A program made the position numbers and the translations under genes. The notes under the pieces are model-generated. The model was given only the letters and a program-made list of their open reading frames with translations. It did not search any database and was not told the DNA's origin. Source: a virus. From it: a DNA stretch of 64,000 nt. The DNA is taken from the IMG/VR virus record IMGVR_UViG_3300014835_000052; one strand, 5' to 3'. Each line of letters begins with the position of its first letter. Position 1 is the stretch's first letter. Shown piece after piece: positions 57,397-64,000 of the stretch.

Positions 57397-58020
57397 TTAA
57401 TCCCAAAGATTTCTAAAATATACGCCCATGAGTCTAAATCCATTATCAATTCGCTCTGAATGTTTTCTATAACCATCCCAATCGTATACTCTAGTATCAT
57501 TTGGACCTTTAATCATCTCAGACATTCCATTTTCTAATTTCTTCCATTGAATATCACTAACGCCTGTTCTATATTGCTCCTCCCAATCATCATGATTAAT
57601 ATTTTCAAACGCCCAAATAATTTCATCTAAAATGTAATCCCACCGGGCAAAATGGAAATCATCAGTATCCCATTCATTTTCCACCCTTGGAGCATTCATA
57701 CTTTTTAGATAATCCGGGACATCTTCATCACGTGTGTAAGGTGCACCGTGTTTAGTATCTTTCAATTGCTTTAACATTGGTAAAATGATTAATCCTAATG
57801 AATTGTCCATAGACCAAGTATCCCACTTATCGATTTTCACACTCTCAATACGAGGGTGCAATGTATCAAGAATTTTCTTATTCCATTCACATAACGTTTC
57901 TAGCCATTTGGGTGGCTCAGTTTTATACGCATCATAATCCTTCATCCAAAAGAAAAATTTCTCTAAAATGGTATAAGGCGAAACCCAATGATTCCGGTAG
58001 CCTGATAAATATATTTTCAT
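57397..58020 (-). CDS. conserved hypothetical phage protein
   Basis: Long ORF with DTWSMD..L..II.PML..LK..KHG.P pattern. Confidence 0.65.
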   Translation of the reverse strand: MKIYLSGYRNHWVSPYTILEKFFFWMKDYDAYKTEPPKWLETLCEWNKKILDTLHPRIESVKIDKWDTWSMDNSLGLIILPMLKQLKDTKHGAPYTRDEDVPDYLKSMNAPRVENEWDTDDFHFARWDYILDEIIWAFENINHDDWEEQYRTGVSDIQWKKLENGMSEMIKGPNDTRVYDWDGYRKHSERIDNGFRLMGVYFRNLWD

Positions 58021-58022
58021 AA

Positions 58023-59150
58023 TTAATCCTCTATCCCAAATTCACAACCACACGCTGTTGATAACATTTCATATAAACTGCTATCAATATTAATAGATAA
58101 TGATTTGAAAATCAGATCATCTTCATATTCGTCTTCGTATCCTTCTTTACAATCTTTACATATCCAACTATAAAGTTCTGCTTTTAACTCTTCTTCCATT
58201 TGGAATTCCCTTTCCCAACCAGGGGATGACATTTTAATTAATTTCATAACAAAATCTCTTCTAATTTAAATTATTTAATATGTGATAATCTTTCTTTAGT
58301 GGCTTTGATGGTATCATAAGCACCATGGTCCCAATCAAGATTACCTTCATAAATCATGTACCTACAATTATCAGTTTTAAATCCAAAATAAAGTTCGTCT
58401 ACATCTAACTCAATTTGAAATGAGGAATCTAAATATACTCCATTTTCCATGATAATATAATTTCCAGTATCATAGAAATCTTTTAACTTCTTAGCAAATT
58501 TATAAACACTATTCCAGCGTTTTTCATAAATATTCACAGTAATAACCCTTTAGGAGATAAAAATCAATCTTTATTTTTTAAAAGACTTCTAGATAACCAC
58601 CCAAATACGAATGGGATTATTATAAGAATGGATACTAATATAATTTCTTCTGCATTCATAAATTCTTTTTATATTCTTGATATGCAGTTTCAAATTCCTT
58701 AAAGAATTTTATAGCAGATTTTTCTTTGTCATTGTCTGTTTCAAATTCAACTAATAATTCTAGTGGGAATACAAAAGTCACTTCTACTTCTGGTATATAA
58801 GTGACTTCGTTAATTGTTAATTTATGATTTTCTATTCGCATAATTCCTCAAGTTCCAGCGTATCCCCAAGAAGGCATTTCAAAGGTGTCTAAATTGTTAA
58901 GATTGACTTCATTCTTCCAAAAAGTTTTATTTTTGATTTGCTTTTCAGATTCAGAAGCACAGGATTGATCCCAATAAAATGATGCCAAAATTGGATCAGT
59001 TTCAATTAGGTCGTTTTTAATAAAACTACAAGGTGACATCATCCAAGATTTAACGTTAGAATTGATGTATTTTTCTTGAAGGCTAATGAATAATGAATCA
59101 ACTTCTTGGTTGGTCATTGGTAGGTTTTTTTTATTATAAGTATATGACAT
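58023..59150 (-). other. run of small hypothetical early genes (58023-58247, 58271-58537, 58656-58841, 58848-59150)
   Basis: ORF track; co-oriented downstream of a tandem promoter. Confidence 0.55.
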
Positions 59151-59171
59151 TTCAATTTCTCTCTAAGAGTT

Positions 59172-59287
59172 AAGGTATGGTTTATTATCTTACATTTTCA
59201 ACAGGGAGTCAAGTCTTTATTCATCAACCCCTGTCTCAAGGTATGGTTTATTATCTTACATTTTCAACAGGGAGTCAAGTCTTTATT
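59172..59287 (-). promoter_or_regulatory. tandemly duplicated early promoter (50-bp exact direct repeat)
   Basis: 59172-59221 = 59238-59287; each copy TTGACT-17-GATAAT. Confidence 0.9.
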
Positions 59288-59733
59288 TAAATATATTCAT
59301 CCATGAATGTGACACAGGAGGACATTTTTTGTTCAAGGGATAATGTTTGTAATTCTTCATTATCATTATCACATAGATCAATGATCTCTGCCACGCTTAG
59401 TGATCTATGCGAAATGATAGATTCGCCAATATCCACCTGGGAAAATTCTGATGCTTCTCCATAAACAACAACATCAAGTGCCATTGCGTGATTGCCTTTT
59501 GGAACTTCAACAACATATTTAACTAACTGTTGTTGGATGCATTCTACAAGTACAAATTCAGTTTCAATATGTTCATCTTTTTCTACTTTAGATAAAATGA
59601 ACGAGCCATCTTCTCTGGTAGTCCATTCTAACTCATCTTCGATGGTGAATCCTGCAGATATTAAAAACTCCTCTGGTATTTCAATAAAAAGGTCTTTATT
59701 TGTATCTTGTTGTACAGTAGATTTAATTTTCAT
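59287..59733 (-). CDS. AbrB/MraZ-like N-terminal domain protein
   Basis: LFIEIPEE......G....DELEW.....G.F.L.K. Confidence 0.45.
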   Translation of the reverse strand: MKIKSTVQQDTNKDLFIEIPEEFLISAGFTIEDELEWTTREDGSFILSKVEKDEHIETEFVLVECIQQQLVKYVVEVPKGNHAMALDVVVYGEASEFSQVDIGESIISHRSLSVAEIIDLCDNDNEELQTLSLEQKMSSCVTFMDEYI

Positions 59734-59919
59734 AATATTTCCTATAGGTGATTATCAGAATTGCAAGAACTTGGTAAATTTGAAAAGGTTGAGCATGGAT
59801 CTTTTTTCATAATTTCTATATTAAAAATAGTAATTAATATAAAAGCGAGGATAATAAATAATATGATTTTCGTAATATCCTTTGTGTACTATATACTTAT
59901 ATGATTAATAGGAGCACTG

Positions 59920-60246
59920 ATGCAAATTCCATATAAATTAGTTCCACCAGAATCTAGGGTTATATATAACCATTTAAAGCAATCTGCCAAAAAAAGAGGT
60001 ATTGCATTTACATTAACAATATCTGATATTTATAATCTTGATTATCCTATATCATGTCCAATTTTGGGAATACCTTTACATTGGTATTATGGTAAAGCCC
60101 AGGATGGGTCTTATTCTTTTGATAGAATAGATTCCACACAAGGATATAATATTGATAATATACAAATACTATCCTTTAAAGCGAATAGGTCAAAAAATAA
60201 TTTATCTGATATAGAATTAAAAAAGTTTAGTCAATTTTATCAATAA
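59920..60246 (+). CDS. HNH-like endonuclease (possible homing endonuclease)
   Basis: CPILGIPL...SFDRIDS..GY...NI..LS..AN..K; opposite strand to neighbours. Confidence 0.7.
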   Translation: MQIPYKLVPPESRVIYNHLKQSAKKRGIAFTLTISDIYNLDYPISCPILGIPLHWYYGKAQDGSYSFDRIDSTQGYNIDNIQILSFKANRSKNNLSDIELKKFSQFYQ

Positions 60247-61152
60247 TCTTTACAATAGCAACAGATTCTATTTCAATCTCTGCTATCTGTAATACTATTG
60301 CGTCATTCTTATCGATTAAAATATTAGCAAATTTTGTGAATGGTACAAGGTGTTCCGAGATAATATTATATTGGGTTTCTTCATTAAAAGTTGCCCAATA
60401 TATTTTGTCTTTATAATTAATTTTATAACCAATCATTTAATATTTCACAATCATCGCAATCTATGTATTTGGTTGAAGTATTGACAGATGATATGTTGAT
60501 TATTTTATAGGTATTACGAGTTTGGTAAATATCTGGCTCAGTTATAAGCTCAACTATATATTCTTCGTTGATATGTCCAGCATACCAATAAGTATCTTGT
60601 TTTGATTTAATGATTTTAACTTTCATGATAACCTCAAATATAAATGTTTATCTATACACTGGAGAATGTATGAGTATGGGTGTTTATCTATGTTCCCTAT
60701 AAACTGGATCATAATACATATCTCTCCTATCATATAATCTAGGTTGTTGGCGTTCTCTATAATCTTCTACATAATACCTATCTTGCGAATTTGATATGGC
60801 ATTACCAACAATTATGCCGCCAACAATCACTCTAACTAAATCGTCTGCGTGGAATACATCGATAGAAACTAATAATATTGCTGCAATGATTATTTTTTCA
60901 TAAATCACCTTTATCTTGAAGAAATTTCTTTTCTTTTAACGTTATAAGGTTCCACATTTTTCTAGGATTAGAACAAAATATACAATTTGAATTACCACAA
61001 TCCATGACATTCCTTTTATGGAATTTATGTGGAGTTGATACAGGAATATTGTTTTCTTTGGCAATTCTTATCTGTTTTTCTAGATGATTATTTTTATATC
61101 TAATACGTTTTTCATGTAAAGATTCTTCTATTACACCGTCTACATTTACCAT
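60227..61152 (-). other. run of small hypothetical early genes
   Basis: ORF track 60227-60436, 60423-60626, 60684-60908, 60898-61152. Confidence 0.5.
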
Positions 61153-61364
61153 AATATAACCCTAATCAATTTACTTATAGAGAACTAACATAAGAGACAA
61201 GAATTCCTTCGATTGTCTCACAAGTAGTTTGATAATATTCTTTCAAATAGGATTTCAATTCTTTATTTTCCTCACGATCAAGAGTCAAGCGAGCATTTAT
61301 ATAAAGTTCTTTTAATTGTTGTTTCATATCGTTTTAAAGTTCTGTGTGTTTAAAGTATGTGTAT

Positions 61365-61471
61365 ATTATACATCAATTATTGATGGAGTCAATCCTTTTT
61401 TTTTTCTTTCTTCCTAACCTTCCTGTCTCAAGGTAAGGGGTAATCATCGTTCATCTAGAGGCAGAAGTCAA
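61365..61471 (-). promoter_or_regulatory. tandem early promoters homologous to 555-658
   Basis: TTGACT-17-GATGAT (spacer 16/17 identical to that at 561-577) then TTGACT-16-TATAAT. Confidence 0.8.
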
Positions 61472-61768
61472 GTCCTGAAGGTGCTTTACCCGACATTTCA
61501 GATTCTGATTTTTTGATAGGATTGTCTAAAAATTTGACATAATCATGCATGTCTATACCAGATTTTTTTACTACTGAATCTTGTTGTGTCGCTATATGGT
61601 ATGCTTCTTGGATCATTGAGGTATAAAGATAAGGCGTATGGTTATTATAGTAAATGTATTGAATGTTCTACATTATTCTATGTCAATTTAATCAGTGATT
61701 GAATAGAACAATCTCTGATTGAACCAATAGAAGATATTATGTTTCAGACGATCTTCTGATTTCCAAAA

Positions 61769-62632
61769 TTAATCTTCTGGATGAAATAACCAATAAGGGT
61801 TATTAATAATATTTTCCTTATCGGGTAAAGAATTAGTATCTATATATTGTAAATTGAAGGTGGATACAGAATCTTCTATAGTATTATATCCTCTAGCATT
61901 ATTCGTTATTAGTGTATTGCCAATATAATATTGGTGCCTTTCATGAGTATGACCAGAAAACCACAACCTTATTTGTGGTCTATTTAGAATGAATTCATCC
62001 AACGAACTAACAAAAGCACCATTTGATATAATACAGTCTTTAAATTTGGGAGAAATGGATCTGTGGCTAACGCCATGATGACCAACGACAATAAATTTAG
62101 TATTTGGTTTATCATCTACCTTAGATTTAATAAACTCCAGCATTTTATTGTGTTCTATTACATAATCTTTGGGCATAAATTTAGGAGGATTATCTATATT
62201 GGATGGTGTACTATTAGTGGCATATTTAAAATCACCTAACATGTATCTAATATCTGATATAGTTTTAGGATCACTCCTATTCATATCAGACCATAATGTC
62301 CCACCTATGAAAGTAATATCCTCTAAAGTAAATACTTCATTATCTAAAATGTGTAAATTTTTGATATAGGATAAATGTTTTTTTAATAATGGAATCGTAT
62401 TATGATAATCTCCATTATACATTTCATGATTTCCTGAGATATAAATAACATCTTTGAATTCTTTAGAGCAGTTATTGAAAAAATTATGGATGCGTTTTGC
62501 TTTTCCAGTAAATTCTAGATCTGTCGCCACACAAATATCTCCAGCAAGTATCAATATATCTGCAGAATCCGTATTTGTTAAATTTATATTTCCCCAATCT
62601 ATATGTAAATCCGATCCAATTGCTATTTTCAT
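61769..62632 (-). CDS. calcineurin-like metallophosphoesterase
   Basis: SDLH, AGD, GNHE, GHH, GHTH motifs. Confidence 0.85.
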   Translation of the reverse strand: MKIAIGSDLHIDWGNINLTNTDSADILILAGDICVATDLEFTGKAKRIHNFFNNCSKEFKDVIYISGNHEMYNGDYHNTIPLLKKHLSYIKNLHILDNEVFTLEDITFIGGTLWSDMNRSDPKTISDIRYMLGDFKYATNSTPSNIDNPPKFMPKDYVIEHNKMLEFIKSKVDDKPNTKFIVVGHHGVSHRSISPKFKDCIISNGAFVSSLDEFILNRPQIRLWFSGHTHERHQYYIGNTLITNNARGYNTIEDSVSTFNLQYIDTNSLPDKENIINNPYWLFHPED

Positions 62633-62811
62633 AATGTAAATAATTTAAAAATTTCAAGTTTATTATTCTTCCTATTTAATTTATTCAAGAATGTCTTGTT
62701 TGTCTTATTAGAATTATTTTTTCCTCTAGGAATAACATTACAGCAGTAACATTTAATACCACCATGGCCAGTAATAAGATTCTTTTTATATAGACCTTTC
62801 ATGATATATCC

Positions 62812-63138
62812 TTAAGTATTTTCAGTAATGCAGGTGCCATCTGCATCATATACACACGCATAGATAGCAGAACTATCTGTCAATTTTTGTTGGAATATGT
62901 TGTAGAATACGTCTCTTTCATATTCATTATCAAAAAAGAATAATCCACCATGAATAAGATCTCCCATTATTGCTGGGTATTGGTTATGTGGGTATAAAAT
63001 TTCAATTTCATCCATAACAAATTTCCAAATGTGTTCATCATCTTTATCAAAATTCAATGAATTACTAATATAGACTGCAGGTGTTTCCATTTTAGATACT
63101 GCTAAAGAGTTTGTTTCTGCCCAATCAAAATATTTCAT
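62812..63138 (-). CDS. hypothetical protein
   Basis: ORF track. Confidence 0.55.
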   Translation of the reverse strand: MKYFDWAETNSLAVSKMETPAVYISNSLNFDKDDEHIWKFVMDEIEILYPHNQYPAIMGDLIHGGLFFFDNEYERDVFYNIFQQKLTDSSAIYACVYDADGTCITENT

Positions 63139-63365
63139 AATATAATCTCTATAGGTTTAAAAATCAATCGCAAATTGTAACTAACACTTCATTTAATTGG
63201 CGTTTATTTAAATCATAAATGTCAAATGTAGTAAGAGATTTAGCAAAATCTAAATTTATATTTTCTAAAGGATCAATGTTATCTGTGTCAATTCTATGTG
63301 CTATAATTTTCATTATATTTTCAATCAATTCATTCATAATATATTTCTCTAATTAAAGTTTACTT

Positions 63366-63394
63366 ATTATCTTACATTTTCAACAGGGAGTCAA
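63366..63394 (-). promoter_or_regulatory. early promoter (GATAAT family)
   Basis: TTGACTCCCTGTTGAAAATGTAAGATAAT, identical to the 59184-59212 and 59250-59278 copies. Confidence 0.85.
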
Positions 63395-63397
63395 GAT

Positions 63398-64000
63398 TTA
63401 TCTAAACAGTGACAACACACCTTGCGAAGCAGTATTCATTTGGCTAATCAAATAAAAGTCAACGGTTGCCTGATTATTCAATTGCGTCAGCTGAATTTGT
63501 AAAGCCGCCTGATCCGGTTTTTGGATAGAATCTATAGTGTTTTGTAAATTCACCCCCAGATTGTCAGCCATTGCTGATTGAGAAGTCAAACCCACATTAC
63601 TAGCAGAAAGCGTTGATTGACCTGCAGACACTGTTGCAAGATCGGAGGTTAACTGATCCAACGCTCTTTGGGCGCCGGCGGCAGTGGTTATGTCAATAGG
63701 AGCTGCCGCAGCAGAAAGATCGGCAGCAACCGCAGTAGATGCAATAGCTGCAGCAGTCGCTGGTGTTGCACCAGAATAGGCCGTGATAGCGGCAGCGGCT
63801 GCATCAAACTCAGCTTCACCAGCAGCTTGTGCGACACCACCACCAGCAATACTAATAGCATCGGCCCTAGCAAGAGCAACTGCCGTAGAGGCAATTAACG
63901 CTGCTTCAGGGGCTGTACCTCCATCTGTGACACCCGCAGTAACAGCCGTCGCCGCCGCAGTGGCATCGGTATCAGCAGTAGCAGAAAGAGCAGCATTAGC
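63398..64000 (-). CDS. flagellin-like protein (C-terminal 200 aa, runs off window)
   Basis: Frame open to the window edge; IDITTAAGAQRALDQL motif and ...SQMNTASQGVLSLFR terminus of the flagellin D1/D0 region. Confidence 0.75.
   Translation of the reverse strand, partial: ANAALSATADTDATAAATAVTAGVTDGGTAPEAALIASTAVALARADAISIAGGGVAQAAGEAEFDAAAAAITAYSGATPATAAAIASTAVAADLSAAAAPIDITTAAGAQRALDQLTSDLATVSAGQSTLSASNVGLTSQSAMADNLGVNLQNTIDSIQKPDQAALQIQLTQLNNQATVDFYLISQMNTASQGVLSLFR

Noticed and set aside
1-64000. tRNA, rRNA, CRISPR array, integrase or a third VR copy
   Set aside because: None recognised on reading either strand; tRNAscan-SE and BLASTN of the TR against the window would be needed to exclude them formally.

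Overview
AT-rich (roughly 30% GC) segment of a large T4-like lytic myophage. Most of the window is the morphogenesis cluster: neck gp13, several fibre genes, a VrlC/DUF4815-like pair, baseplate gp8/7/6/25/PAAR/5/27/53/48, and gp4/2/54/16/26/51/29-like genes. These are followed by gp32/59/33 and an accessory early-gene region, with T4-type late promoters (TATAAATA) and a family of sigma70-like early promoters. The main find is a complete diversity-generating retroelement (RT, TR, avd) between a tail-fibre gene and its putative chaperone. One 131-bp template repeat (11354-11484) matches two variable repeats. VR1 lies in the adjacent late tail-fibre gene (10 mismatches, all at TR adenines). VR2 lies about 9 kb away on the opposite strand, in a small stand-alone C-type-lectin-like gene behind a perfect sigma70 early promoter (21 mismatches, 18 at TR adenines). 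The DGR therefore appears to diversify both a virion receptor-binding protein and an early, probably non-structural protein. Other notable signals are a flagellin-like gene abutting a phage promoter at the right edge, a phage Hfq-like protein, a candidate -1 frameshift joining gp26 to gp51, CsrA-type hairpins in early leaders and a decaying early-gene island. All calls come from reading the sequence and motifs; no database searches were run.
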